Shown: one piece after another, positions 25,219 through 38,604 of the stretch
How positions within the stretch are numbered: the first letter of the stretch is position 1
Layout: every line of letters starts with the position of its first letter
DNA from: Malacoraja senta
Taxonomy: Eukaryota
Assembly: GCA_038087875.1 (NCBI GenBank)
Contig: CM075977.1
Coordinates: 361,398,001-361,462,000, forward strand
Direction: 5' to 3'
DNA length: 64,000 nt
Notes under the pieces: model-generated
The model's database searches: none
What the model saw: the letters and a program-made list of their open reading frames with translations, nothing else
What the model was told of the DNA's origin: nothing
Made by a program: the position numbers and the translations under genes

Positions 25219-27019
25219 TCAAATAATGCTTCTTTGCTCATTTAACTAAAAAACATAGTCGTGGACAAATTCTTTGAAGTGATCCATGATCATTTTAGTC
25301 AATCTTGAGATGTAAAAAGCATCCAGTTTCCATAAAACTATTTATTTCACAGGGGTGGCATAATTTCACATGCATGAACTTCATTCTCTTTGCTCTAACT
25401 GTTACTTTGAACAAAACAAACTAGTTTTTATCCATGCTAAAATAAAAATCTGGTAAATATAAAATATGTGAATTATTTTTTTTAGTGCACGTGAGAGGGT
25501 GGTCTTTACCTTTTCTATACACAGTGCTGTCGTATTGTTTAAAGCAAGAATTCTGGGGAGAAGAGTGCAGTAAAATTGAGGGCAATGTGGTGTCATCATG
25601 CCCCAGATATACATTAAAAAGTGAAATCAATGCTAATCCTTCTCCTATCCAGAATGATGAAAAATTGATGATTACATAATGATGTTTCTCCACTATAGTG
25701 CAATCTCTGAATCAGGTGCATTGTAATGGATTTAGCTGGCAGTAACACCGTTGCAATATATGAGTTTTAAAACCCTTAGTGATCACCGTTCAAATCCATT
25801 TCAGGAGGATGGGTTGAGAGTAGCACAGGAGATGGAGTGTTGGTATTATCACAGCAATAAAATGGGACCAAGTGGCTGCTGGTTGGACTGCTGGTTCTTT
25901 TTTTCCAGTGGCGTTGTCCTTCATTGTAATGAGCATCTGAAATCCATATCATTTAGGTTTTCTAAAGGATCATTTCTGAAGCTGTTACGTTGCAAAATAA
26001 CACAATACTGCACAGGGAAGTGTTCCAAAGGTTTAATTCATGTCTCAGGCGCTGATCCACATCTTCCAAAGCTGTTTGCTCTTTTGCAATTGTAAATGGT
26101 TATGGGAAGAAAAACGTGGATAAGTGTCTGACAGCCAGACCTAGAGAATATTTAGCTAAAACCCATGAATATTATTAAACCAGCTTTGGTGCTTGCAAAT
26201 CCTCAAGAAGGGGATTAAAGGGGGTTACTATATGCATGGCTGTCTGTCACACATATATCATGTTGATAACAACATATTGTCATATAAAACCTCTGCTTAT
26301 ATAAGATAGAAGTTCTTAAACCGTCAAAAGAGCACTGAAATATGCTGATACATTCAAATATCTACAGCATAGCACTAAGCATCTCTTGTAGCTCTATTTC
26401 CTCATCGTCTTCACACACACACAGAAAGCAACTTTGACATCTGATCATATGAAATAAACTTGTTCACTCTTTCCTTTATTAGCAGCGGTTCATAAATACT
26501 GTTGAATTGAACACAACAAAAAATGTGCAGATTTGAAAATGTTAATAAAAAATTAATAATTTTGTATACCTCATTGAATTAGCAATTTGGAATCTGAAAA
26601 GCATTATTAAATAAAGAACAACTAAATTTTTAACCATGACATCAGGATTGCAAAAAAAAGAACATGCTTCTAATGCCTGACCACCCTCAACTTAAGCTTT
26701 TTTTTTCTCTCTATTGCTATCACTATGATTCACTGGACTAATTGTAACTTTGCAATTTCTATCAATGGATGCGAATTGTGTTCAGGTATTGCGTATCAAT
26801 CAGAGACGAGGTGACTGATCCTGGGAGTGCAATGAATGGACAGTGTCTCTATGAATAAAGGCTTCCAACTAAATAATGACTTGGCTCCAGATTTAAATCT
26901 TGGATTTAATAAAATAAAAATAACATATATTCATTAAATTCGGGATACCGAATTTATCAAATAGGAATGGAAATATCTTTGTTAGTGAGCAAAATATGCA
27001 ATATTTTAGAGTAGTCATA

Positions 27020-28100
27020 CAGCTTAGTTTATTGTCACGTGTACCGAGGTACAGTGAAAATCTTTTGTTGCGTGCTATTCAGTCAGCGGAAAGTTTCTTT
27101 AGGTTAAGGTTTATTATTGAGATGTGTACCGAGGTACAGTAAAAGGCTTTCTTTTCCATGCTATCCAAACAAATTAGATTACTGATCATAAATATAATCA
27201 GGTCAAACTCAAGTACAATAGCCAGAACAAAGGGGATGATTATAAGGGTACAATATATAGTTCTCAGCATTGTAGCGTATCAGTTCCGTAAACAAGGTCC
27301 ACTGTCCATTATGGGTTAGAGATGAAATGGACAGTACCCTGGCTTATGGATAGACTGTTCAGAAGCCTGATGGTAGTAGTACGCCCCCCTCGGTCATGAC
27401 TGACCATGGATGATGCATCCTAGTCGGATGCAAGCCTGGGCGATGTCATATGGAGGACAGGCTGTTGCCCATGCAGCACATCCCCCCACTCCACGTCGCT
27501 GATCGATCCAAAGGACTAGCAGGGCCGTTACAGTTTGGCACCAGCGCCGTCGCAGGAGCTGCCAGAGCGAGGTTGTAGACAATGACGAACTGCCTTAGGG
27601 GCTCTGACTCCGGATTTTCTTGAGGTTTACTCCTGGAGCCTTTTCCATGACTGGATATGGCCACAAGGCAGTGGAGGTTTTAAATCAAGAGTTTGCCCTC
27701 TCCCAGATGGACTGCCTTCCCAGGCTGATGAGCCCTATCTGCCCGAGACTCGTGGGGGCGGGAGCATCTACCTTCCCGTGCAGGTCTATAGCACCTGCCC
27801 ACTGCCTGATAACAGAAAGGAAAAATCTGTTCCTGAATCTGATGGTGCGTGCTTTCAAGTTTCAGTACTTTCTGCCAGATGGGAGCAGGGAGAAGAAGGA
27901 ATGACCAGGGCGAGACAAGTCTTTGATTATGTTGGTTACTCTTCCGAGGCAACGTGAAGGGTAGATGGAGTCAATGGTGTGAAGCCTGGTCTGTGTGATG
28001 GACGGCTACATCTACAACTCTCCACAATTTCTTGCAATCTTGGGCAGAGCTGTTCCCAAACCAAGCTGCGATGTAAGTTTGTAAGAATCATTGCAAACAT
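27020..28100 (-). mobile_element. Rex1/Babar 3' region with nested elements
   Basis: LLPAPIWQKVLKLESTHHQ (ORF 27680..27952) parallels the 7100-7250 segment; duplicated tails 'tgtaccgaggtacagt'. Confidence 0.8.
27372..27803 (-). mobile_element. Non-autonomous RTE-related short retroposon
   Basis: 7-bp TSD GCCTGAT (27365-27371 and 27804-27810), (TAC)n tail preceded by an RTE-like hairpin, RTE 5'-UTR-like segment 'gggcagatagggctc...agcctgggaaggcagtccatctgggagagggcaaactc'; no RT-like ORF. Confidence 0.7.
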
Positions 28101-28499
28101 GCCGAATTTGTATGTGTTTCTGAAATTCAGCTCTGGTGAGTTCCAAAGGACAGAATTTCAACGGCGAAGTATAATATGATGACACTACTGTAAAGCATGT
28201 GACTTTTACCACAACAGTCGGTTACTATATTCTCCATTTTCTTATTAAGCATGGAAAATGCGTGTAATTAGATTCCATCCTATAATCCAGAAGAATAAGG
28301 GAGGGTAATGACTGGGTACTTAAAGAAGCAGGAGGTGACTAGTCTTTGCTGGGACTACAATTATTCAGTGTGTTTCTAAACAACATGATAAAAGTAAGAC
28401 ATAAAGCGCTAGACTAACTCAACAGGGCAGGCAGCATCTCTGGAGAACATGGATAGGTGACGTTTCAGGTCGAGTGGCACTGTACGTGGGGACAATCAA

Positions 28500-28830
28500 G
28501 TGGGTACACTGTACAGGTCGTGCAAAGAGAACAAAATACCAGAGAGCAGAATATAGTGTTATAGAATTGAGCATCATAGTTGCAGAGAAAAAGTCCAATA
28601 TCCACAATGGTGTAGATTGGAAGATTGAGATTACACCCAAGTTTATGGGCGGACAGTTCACTAGTGTGGTAACTGAGGGGAAGAAACGGTTCACGTATCT
28701 GGTGGTATGTGTTTTCAAGTTTTTTAATCTTCTGTCAGACAGTAGAGGAGAGAAGAGGCAAATAAAGGTACTTGATTATGTTGACTGCATCCGAGGCAAT
28801 GTGAATTGTGGATGGAGTGAATGGTAAGGA
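28500..28830 (-). mobile_element. Rex1/Babar 3' fragment
   Basis: KTHTTRYVNRFFPSVTTLVN in ORF 28419..28718; preceded by a Penelope repeat piece at about 28398-28475. Confidence 0.75.
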
Positions 28831-30704
28831 GTCTGGTTCAGAATTAATATTTCCATTATTTTCTATTGATAGTCTTCTATTAATCAAAGTTGTAAAGCAC
28901 AGTATGGCAAAGATGGATGTACTAAGGTGGATCACAGACCACAATCTTATTTTAATGATCAAATAGGCTCAAAGGGCTAAATCTGTTACTCCTGCTTTAA
29001 TGATGATATGCTATTCATACCCCTCCTTTCCAGGGAAACTGGCAAATGGCTTGATCTTCTTGTGAGTACTGAAATATACACTGCTGACATTTAAACAAAA
29101 ATCCTTTCAGTGATTCATCGCAAGAGGCAAACTATTTGTTTTGATTCTAAAAATATACTGCACACAGGAACTTAAAAGCAACACGGGAAAAGTTTGAATG
29201 CCTTTGAAGCCAGTTCTTACAGAAGATCACAAAATCATCTCTTTCATTTACTTCCTCAACACAGGTGATGCTCGAATATGCTACATGCTATGTTGATGCT
29301 ACCCATTTTTCCCTGTCCCCTAAGAAGGCACACACGACAAAGAACATATTTCTGTTATATTTCATTCATAGCTCTCAATTAATGCTGCTAATTAATTTGT
29401 CAAAGCACATTCAACCCACATTGTTAAATGCTTATAATATGCTTTTCCATTTCTGGAAGAATGGAAGGGTTATCTATGGTAAACAGGCAATGGCACAGAA
29501 AGATGCGTTTAAATTTCAAATGAGCTTTACCCCCAAAATGCTTCCTTGGACACGAGTGAGTTATTTCTTAAAATACTCCCCTGTGTGGTTATGTGACACC
29601 ACTGCTGGTTTCACTGCGATTTATAAGTTCATCATTCAGATGAAGGAGATGAATTGAATGTAAGAACTAACAGATTCTCATCCTTTTTGTGATGTTATGA
29701 AGCTTTTTATTCCATGACTGCCTTGAACCATTGTTGGTCTCCTAAAATCCTTTCTAGGATCTATACATGCAACCTCTATGTCACAATACCAGGCTTGATT
29801 TTGATACCCCTCATAGATTAGCGGTGATTGCAAACCTGTGGTGCCACATTGCTGAAACATGTTTTATTTATAATTTGTCTTTTGCTGCATTAGAATCAAG
29901 ACTCACCAATATTGTTCTTATTAATGGCACAAATGTACAAGCATGCAGCTTTAAATATTCTTACAAACTATTTGAAAGTAACAGCGGGAAATATTTGTTC
30001 GCATTCTTTAACCCATTCTATCTCAACATTTCTAAACTGTTGAATTTCTCATCACTCTTATTCCTTCATTTCAGATACGATAAGTATAGCACTTCCTTTC
30101 TTCACAATGTCTGCGGGCTAATCAATGGTTCTTTGGAAAGTTGTTGGCCAGCTTATTTCTGTTCCCAGTCTGCACCCCCCTCCCCTCATGGCATCTCCCA
30201 TCTCTCCCCACTGGACTTACTACTGGTCAATGGATGTCTCACAATTTCCCGAGCAGAGGGGTCAGATAAACTTCATTTGCATCCTCTCAGCTTTATTTAG
30301 GTGCATGTGCCCTATTCCAGATCACCAATTTTATCTCAATTAAGCAAATTTACTTTTCTAATTTAATCAATATTTTATTTATTTCAGTTTATTACCAATC
30401 GTGAGAGAGGTTAGGCTGCAGTGAAAAGGCCACCCGACATCAAGACTTGTCAAAAGGCCATTGCAGCTATCTATGGCAGAACCTAAGATTCCTCTGCCTG
30501 CAGTCTGTTTGTCCTGCATCAACATTCACATTGAATTAAGACCTATGCAGCTGTAATAGGCTTTCGTGAATATTTGGCTTGTAGGGGAAAAGGTGGGAGG
30601 GCAGACTTTTAGCCAGAACTCAGCTCCATGGGTACCCTGTTGAAGTAAGTGTTACTTTTTTTCCTGAAATCCTGACAAGGACAAGCCAGCTGACTAAGAG
30701 AGGT

Positions 30705-30840
30705 AGAAACAAAGAACTGCAGATGCTGGTCTATACCAAAGATAGACACAAAGTGCTGGAGTAACTCAGCGGGTCAGGTAGCATCTCTGGAGAAAAAAAA
30801 GGATGGGTGACGTTTTGGGTCGGGACCCTTCTTCAGTCTC
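30705..30840 (-). mobile_element. Penelope terminal-repeat copy with hammerhead-like motif
   Basis: Minus strand reads CTGAAGAAGGGTCCCGACCCAAAACGTCACCC. Confidence 0.8.
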
Positions 30841-31009
30841 CTGTGCCTATCTTTGTGTTCATCATTGACCAAGAGAGGTCCTGCCCTGTGATCTAACTGG
30901 ACCACTGTGCATTCATTGAGGATCTTTCACATTTCTATCAGGGATTCTGGAAGCCCAAGGAAGGGGGCAGTGATTGTGAACAGCAAGATCCTTCAGCAAT
31001 ACTATGTGA

Positions 31010-31272
31010 CAATGGGCATCATATCACACCATTTCCTGTTGGAATGGCGAGTGTGGAATAAATATTGACAAAGGAGATTAAATGCACACAAACACTCTTC
31101 CAACAGGGATCGATGAAGATCAGCCATGGGAACCCAGCTGAAATGTTCCACTCCTTCCTTAGCTGCAACATTGAGGTCAAGCATGATGGCCTTACAGCCA
31201 TCCTGGTTAAGATGAACTCGTTCAATACAGACTGGTGATCAAACATAGTGCCTCCGTGGTCAGTATGGCTCT
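31010..31272 (-). mobile_element. Possible ancient tRNA-derived SINE relic
   Basis: Minus strand 'gagccatactgaccacggaggcactatgtttgatcaccagtctgtattga' is tRNA-head-like; heavily diverged. Confidence 0.35.
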
Positions 31273-31794
31273 GTTTTCACTGCATCGCTGACAGCTTTAT
31301 TAAAATATCAGCCGTGGGCAACATGAACAGAGGCTGTGTCTTTTGTATCATTAATTATTCCACTCAGCTGCTTGCAAATTCTCCTAGGAATCCTTAGCCC
31401 ACTTTATACAGATGGCAGTAAAACTTCCACTATTGTTACAAATGCCACTGTTAAAAATGACTTCATTCTCTCTCTTGATAAAAGGGACCAACTGAACAAA
31501 ATGTGACTATAATGTATGCCTGAACATTAATTGTAATTTGGCTCCGCTGACACATGAAATATCGATAAGGAACATAAACACTTGCAACATTTCAAGGCTT
31601 CAACAATCTCAGCAAAATAAATAGGGAAACCCACACACAAAGTATAATTTATTAATAATGATATGCTTTAAGTACCTAAGTATGGCAATGTCATGAAATT
31701 AAAAAATGTTGACCAACATCAACAAAATTTACAATAACATGTAAGATGTCACAATGAAAATACAGTATTAGGATAAATTGATTTATAATAACAA

Positions 31795-32005
31795 TCTGTG
31801 GTGGTGAATCTGTGGATGCCAAGTCAATGGATATTTTTAAGGCAGAGATAGATAGATTCTTGATTAGTACGGTTGTCAGGGGTTATGGGGAGAAGGCAGG
31901 AAAATGGGGTTCGGAGGGAGAGAAAGATTAGCCATGGTTGAATGATGAAGTAGACTTGATGGGCCAAATGGCCTAATTCTGCTCCTATCACATCTGACCT
32001 TATGA
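31795..32005 (+). mobile_element. CR1 3' end
   Basis: 'gtggtgaatctgtgga...atttttaaggcagagatagatagattcttgattagtacgg'. Confidence 0.85.
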
Positions 32006-32268
32006 ACTGGATGTGGCTTAAGTTATTATATTTGGGAAGTTATTGTTGGGAATTGCCATGGATAGTTGGTGCAATGTGTCAAATGCAGTCTTGATGCACC
32101 AAAGTTGGAGGTAGTGTTAAGGTGGGATGTGTGAGGTAGATTGCTTTGTCTTGGATGATGTTGAGTTTCCTGTGTCCTGTCATCCATGCTATTAGCGGGT
32201 GCTTCATCATGCTACTTACTTTTACCTGAAAAACATTGGGAACGTTTTGGACAGTTGGAAGAGATATA

Positions 32269-33255
32269 CCGTATTTCTTGGCAATGAAGACGCTATATTT
32301 TACCCAAAAATAAGGCACGAAAATCTACCTGCGTCTTGGAGGCCGAAGGTTAGATTGTTAGCCGAGAAAGATAGACTTGGCTATCCTTCAGTACAGCAAC
32401 ATCAAGAACGATGTTGCTGTACTGAGGAATAGCCAAGTCTATCCCTCATTGTTGGCAGCTGATGGGAAGCGGCTGTAAAGCGGGAATCAGCTGTAAAAGG
32501 ACAACGCCGCTGGGGGGGGATGAGTTCCTTTCACAGCGTGTGGGGAGTCTGGCCCGGGTCAGCACAGCCTGGGCTGCACAAAGTAGTAAACTTGGCTGGG
32601 CCGCCAGGGTTAAAGTTGCGGAAGGACAGGAGCATTGAGAAGGAGGGGGACGGGGATCATGCCAGCAACTCATTCAGTAGCTCGGGTAGCTGCGAGCGGC
32701 CGCCAGGATCGGACAGCCCGCCAGCCAGCCACAGTGGCCTTTGGCACAGGCGCAACCGGTGGAGGTGGTGCACATCTCATATGCATATGTGACGAATAAA
32801 CTTGACTTGACATGACTTGACTTGGAGGTGGTGGGTTGCTACTGGGTGGAAGNNNNNNNNNNNNNNNNNNNNNNNNNNNNNNNNNNNNNNNNNNNNNNNN
32901 NNNNNNNNNNNNNNNNNNNNNNNNNNNNNNNNNNNNNNNNNNNNNNNNNNNNNNNNNNNNNNNNNNNNNNNNNNNNNNNNNNNNNNNNNNNNNNNNNNNN
33001 NNNNNNNNNNNNNNNNNNNNNNNNNNNGAGCCAGGAAGTCCCCGTCCCTCATACCTGAACCGCACAGTGCATTGTGGGACAGGCAAAGATGGAGGCTCCC
33101 TGGTCCTCATTGCCTCCTTGAAGGAGTTTCACATCTTCTTTTCTACTGACTAAACCAAAACCTTGATCCTGTCCCGCCAGCCTTTTTCAAAATTTAGCAA
33201 CTCAAATGGGGGTGTGTATTCGTCGCAGTTGCGTCTTCATTGCTGGGAAATACGG
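32269..33255. mobile_element. Tc1/mariner-superfamily (Tc2/pogo-like) non-autonomous element, contains gap
   Basis: TA|CCGTATTTCTTGGCAATGAAGACGC...GCGTCTTCATTGCTGGGAAATACGG|TA; 25-bp TIRs, 22/25 identical. Confidence 0.88.
32853..33027. other. Assembly gap
   Basis: Run of N. Confidence 1.
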
Positions 33256-33515
33256 TAATGTTACAGAATATTCAGCCTCTGACCTTTTCTCAGCATAGTT
33301 TATAGATCGAGAGCCTGAGTGCCTCGTTTTTAGGGTCCTTACCCAAAACGTCAATTTTCCATGTTCTCCAGGTGCCTGATGCTGGATGCTGCCTGATCCG
33401 CTGAGTTACTCCAGCACTTTGTGCCTTTTTATAGTTTGCAGGTAACTGGTGTACTTAGGATAATGATCAATTCTGACACCCAGGACATCAGAAAAGGGAC
33501 ATTTGGTTTGGGTAT

Positions 33516-34648
33516 TGTAGATCAAACAGTATTGCTGACTGAATCCGTGACTGGTTTTGTCTGCATAGACCTCCGCCAGATTGAATCAAATAAGACCATG
33601 GTTCCGGACACAACTCATTGACCGTGCCCATATGGTCATATCCCTCCTGGGTTTGGAGACGGACCACCTGGCCCTCCGACAGTGGTTGGAGAGGACAACT
33701 AGAACGATCGTAGTACGCCTTCTCCGTCTGTCTTTTACGCTGCAGACGCGCCCGAACCACCTTGGGCTCGCAGACTTGTGGCTGGAGCAGCTGCTTCGCG
33801 ACTGGAAGAGTAGTCCTGGTCTGTCTCGACATGATTCGCTGAGCCGGCGAACCGAGTGTGGGATCACGTGGAATGTTGCGGAGATTGAGAAGATCCCAAA
33901 ACACGTCAGACCCGGCCCTGCTGGACCTCTCCATGAGCTCCTTTGCACTGCGGACAGCTCGCTCAGCCAGCCCGTTCCACTGGGGGTACCCGGGACTGCT
34001 GGTGATGTGCCTAAAATCCCATTCCTTTGCAAAGTCCTTGAAATGCTGGCTTGTGAATTGGCCACCATTGTCAGGCATGAGGGTTTGAGGTACCCCATGG
34101 ACCGAAAAATGCCTCGCAAGTTTCTTGACGACCGCTGCAGATCGATCTCAAACCACCAGGAGTAAGAGTCAACCAGGACCAAGTATTGGTTGCCATGCCA
34201 GTCGAAAATGTCAGTAGCCACCATAGACCACGGCAAGTCAGGAACCGGGTGCTGCAAAAGGAGCTCTTTCTGTTGATGTGGAGCCATGCTGTTGCACACA
34301 ACACAGGACTGCACCCTCTAGTGTATATAATCTGACATGGCAGGCCAGAAAAACATGCTCTTTGCTCGTTGCACCGTAGCTTCTGAACCAGGATGACCTT
34401 CGTGTACGGGGTCAAAGTACTTCTGTTGGAGTGAAGCCGGAATCACTGCCTTGTGGCCCTTTTTGATAACCCCACCTTCATTGTTGGGGGGGCCAGGTGG
34501 TTCGTCTCCAAACCCAGAAGGAGTATGAACGTATGGGCACGGTCAAGGAGGTGTGTCCAGAACCAAGGTCTTATTTGGTTCAATCTGGCAGCGGTCTATA
34601 CGGACAAAACCAGTCACGGATCAAGTCAGCAATACTGCTTGATCTACA
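33516..34648 (-). mobile_element. Gypsy-type integrase pseudogene bracketed by 160-bp inverted repeats (Ginger-like architecture)
   Basis: VHEGHPG...SCVVC zinc motif, VATDIF, PDNGGQF-35 aa-GLAERAV across frameshifted ORFs; IRs 33516-33675 and 34489-34648 (about 141/160 identical, no indels). Confidence 0.85.
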
Positions 34649-36864
34649 AGTATCTCAGTTGGTGATGGGGTAGGGTTGACAAATCAATTGCTTCGTTATT
34701 CTCTTTCAGTTTTGCATCTGGATAGCCGTCACAGTGGATTTCAGCTCCACTTTATGAGCTGTTTTACAGTGCTGTTCCTCATTGCTTTTACTGCTATCCT
34801 GTCACATTTCATGTACCAATTGAAATCCTCAACTCACATTCCCATTTCTCACTCCATCTTGATGTTCCTGTTTAAAACCACTGGACACTGTGCTCCACAC
34901 CACTTCTTCCCACTGTCGTGTCACCATTACTGTCAGAAGCGGGCAGAGTGGTCTCCTGACTAACACTTGAGAAACAGGCACTTGCGTCTGCACTGAAAGG
35001 CTCTTCTCTCCCTTGAAAAACGTTTCTAAACCACAATGTCAGGAGAAGAAAATTCGATTTTCTGATACCAGATTAGGGCAAGTTTACATTGGGTTCTATT
35101 TATGGACCTTCGTCTTTTCATCATTATTGATTCAATTTCCTTCCTGTCCTTTCCAAATATTCTTGAGTGCAGGAGGGGGAACAGTGACTGCCAATTTTTC
35201 TCCACATTCCAGAAGCAATGTTGCACCCTGTAAAATTATCCTAGCTCCTATCTATTAACTTGGTCAGGTAGGCAGAGTATTATTCCTTAACAATAAAATA
35301 TGATATTTTGTACCTTTTATTTCCATCTTTTTAGAGACTGCAAATTAAACTACCAAATTGTGATATGTTGAATGTAATAAATAACTGCCAAAGTGACACA
35401 TTGTAATAGGCAAAGAAAATCACAAAGCATGGATATGTTTTAAGCTTCGAGCAGATGTGGACAAGCTTGCACATAAAGCAATTCAGAGCTAAATTGTATT
35501 GTCCTGTTTGCACATTTGCTTCCATTACGGACCATATCTCTTTTAAACAGATGTTGTATTACAAAGAAACGATTCCTTCACAAAATATGTTACTTAAATA
35601 GATGTATTATCAACGCATGTTCTTTTAAAAGATCCATTATATTACAAGAACATGCTTCCTTAAAAATATCCATATTACAATGCAAGTCTTCTTAAACAGG
35701 TGTCGCCATTATCAAGGTTTGTTCCATTTAACCAGACATTCTCCATTAGCAGGGTGCCAATTATTTGGTCGGTTCTATTATATATTTGAAGTAAATGTCT
35801 CTGAGAAATAGCAAATCACACAGAACACTGATAAATGCACAACTCGAGGCCGAGAAATGTTCTGCTTGGATCAGGATTACGCCCGGATCAGAATTTCTAT
35901 AAATTGCAGGTGACTGCAAATCTTCCCTGCAAAGCTCATTTAATCATTCAACCATCAATTCAATCTCAGCAATAACCAACAGCAATCACTTAGCCGAAAT
36001 ATATACTTTACATGAATGTGATTAGATTTCTACAATAGGTGAAAATCAGAGTTAAGAGTATTCACTATGCAGAGCTTTAAGTACATGATATGCTTACTGT
36101 AGCCCAGGTAAAATACAGTGCTTTAGTACCTGGAGATCTACACCAGGAATCTATTCAGATTAATTCATGCTTCAGGCCATTAAAAATGTAGGCCATTGTA
36201 ATCAAAGTTATATCACTGCTTGACAACTGGCATGAACAGCTCCACCACACTATCAGACAGAAACCAGACACAAACTCATCAACAGAGTGAGGAAGAACAT
36301 TAGGTCACTACCTCTTCCCTGACACAACATTGTCACAAGTAGGAGTGACAGGCAATGGAAATTCTTTCACCTCCACTGGACCATTAAGTTTATTGTAGGG
36401 TGGAATATTTCCAATTAAGTTCTTGGAAATGCCTCTCAGTCTCATCAGCAAGACAACCCTTTCACTCTCTCACCACAATCCCTGCCCACTCCCACATTTT
36501 GAAATGGCTGTGAATAAATGTAAGGAGAGGTTATTCTAATTGGGGGGTTAATGAACATGTATTTACCCATTACATTTCTATTTCAGTCATTTGTTCGCCA
36601 ATTTCATGACACCCAACATACCCCCAGACATGGAACCCCTTTGTTGAATTTGTTAGCGATTTCATGATTGGAATCAGCCTAAAAAAGTCTGGACTCACTG
36701 AACATCTTGCAGAAGTATAATGCTTGTCCCCTAAAAAATATGTTAGATATTGAATTACATCAATGTGATTGTTTTTCATAAAATGTATATTTTCTGTAAT
36801 TGTCCCCTTTTCATACCACATTGAAGGAAAAATTAAGGTAGAACAATAACATTAGGGAGATTAA

Positions 36865-37044
36865 AGGGCCTGTCCCACGGCGATTTTTTCAGCGACTGCC
36901 GGCGTCATATCAGTGTCGCCAAAAGATTTTAAACATTTCAAAATCCAGCGGCGACAAAAAAATTGTTGCGACACTTGAAAAACCACTGCGCGTCATATGT
37001 CATCACGCCGCTTCACCGCCGCATCATCAAGTGGGACAGGCCCT
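36865..37044. mobile_element. PIF/Harbinger MITE, 180 bp
   Basis: TAA|AGGGCCTGTCCCAC...GTGGGACAGGCCCT|TAA, perfect 14-bp TIR. Confidence 0.92.
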
Positions 37045-37514
37045 TAAAAATCTCCATCTTGAAACATTATCTTAGATTTTCCAGGAAGTAAGACTAAGTC
37101 CCAAAGACCTACCCTGGCCTAGGGTGGATATACAAAACCTGCTGTCCTAGGAGTGATCAAGGGTGGGGAAATGGATAAAGGGTTTGATCTCATAGATTTG
37201 AATGACAAAGACTGAAAGAGATGCAAAAAGAACACAAACGCCTCCATGGACTGTTAGTTTATCTTGGCATCATGTTCGGTGCGGACATTGTGGGCCAAAG
37301 GGCCTGTCCCTATACTGTGCTGTTCTATGTTCCATGTCTGGTTCATCTTAATTAACTTGTTGAATATGTAAGCAACTTCATTTATTGGGCTTCAATCTAA
37401 AATGTCTTGGACTCTGCATCTTTTGTGCCATTATTGGGAATAATAGGGAACAATGTTCAGTGATGCATGCACCAGGAAACCCTGTCAGCTGAGCAAGGGC
37501 AAACCTTGACAGGA

Positions 37515-38295
37515 AGGTCATAAGGTCATGAGTGATAGGAGCAGTATTAGGCCATTCGGCCCATTAGGTCTACTACGCCATTCAATCATGGCTGATCTAT
37601 CTCTCCCTCCTAACCCCATTCTTCTGCCTTCTCCCATAATCCCTGACACCCATACTAATCAAGAATCTATATATCTCTGCCTTAAAAATATCCATTAACT
37701 TTGTCTCCACAGCCTTCTCTGGCAAATAATTCCAAACATTCACTACCCTCTGACTAAAGAATCTCCTCATCTCCTTCCTAAAGGAACGTCCTTTAATTCT
37801 GAGGCTATGGCCTCTAGTCCCGCACTCACCCACTAGTGGAAACATCCTCTCCACATCCACTCTATCCAAGCCTTTCACTCATCGGTAAGTTTCAATGAGG
37901 TCCCCCCTCATTCTTCTAAACTATAGCGAGTACAGGCTCAGTGCCATCAAACGCTCATCATATGTACACCCACTCATTCCTGGGATCATTCTTGTAAACC
38001 TCCTCTGGACCCTCTCCAGGGCCAGAACATCCTTCCTTGGATATGGTACCCAAAATTGCTCACAATACTCTGAATGAGGCCTCACCAGCACCCTATAGAG
38101 CTTCAGCATTACATCCCTGTTTTTGTATTCTAGCCCTCTTGAAATAAATGCGAGCATTGTGTTTGCCTTCTATTTTACCTTTTTGACTTGCAGATTAACT
38201 TTTTGGGAATCCTGCACCAGCACTCCCAAGTCCCTTTGCACCTCTGATTTCTGGATTATCTCCCCATTCAGAAAATAGTCTAAGCCTTTATTCCT
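37515..38295 (-). mobile_element. CR1 LINE 3' region
   Basis: ORFs 37597..37878, 37921..38157, 38170..38355: VQRDLGVLV, LYRVLVRPHSEYCEQFW, FFSQRVVNVWNYLP. Confidence 0.93.
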
Positions 38296-38604
38296 TGTAC
38301 CTTGTGAAATCTTCCGAGCACTGCAATCTCTACTTGGAAATGGTTGCAAGTACAATTCAAGTCAGGAAAAACAAACAATTTTCATTTATGTGGCACATAA
38401 ATAACTGAGCTATAAATGTCCATGCCAATTAGTTTTAATATCTAATACTTTTTAGAAAGTTTTCACGTTTTACATTTAACCTTAATCAAAATGCATAATA
38501 TATTGGATTAAAATATCTTTGTGCTTTGTTCCTTCTTGATTTGTTGTCTGTAAAAGTTCTTCATTGGCTGCTATGCCAGCATTTCTTAAAATTAATGAAT
38601 GAGA

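Noticed and set aside
27725-27752. Hammerhead at CTGATGAG...CGAGACTC
   Set aside because: No stem II pairing and GAGA instead of GAAA; it is the antisense of an RTE-like UTR.
27730-27803. HDV-like ribozyme at the 5' end of the RTE-related short element
   Set aside because: Nested hairpins only; no P2/P3 pseudoknot or J4/2 motif could be assigned.
29767-30300. 177-aa ORF as a gene
   Set aside because: Composition typical of AT-rich non-coding DNA; no domain recognised.
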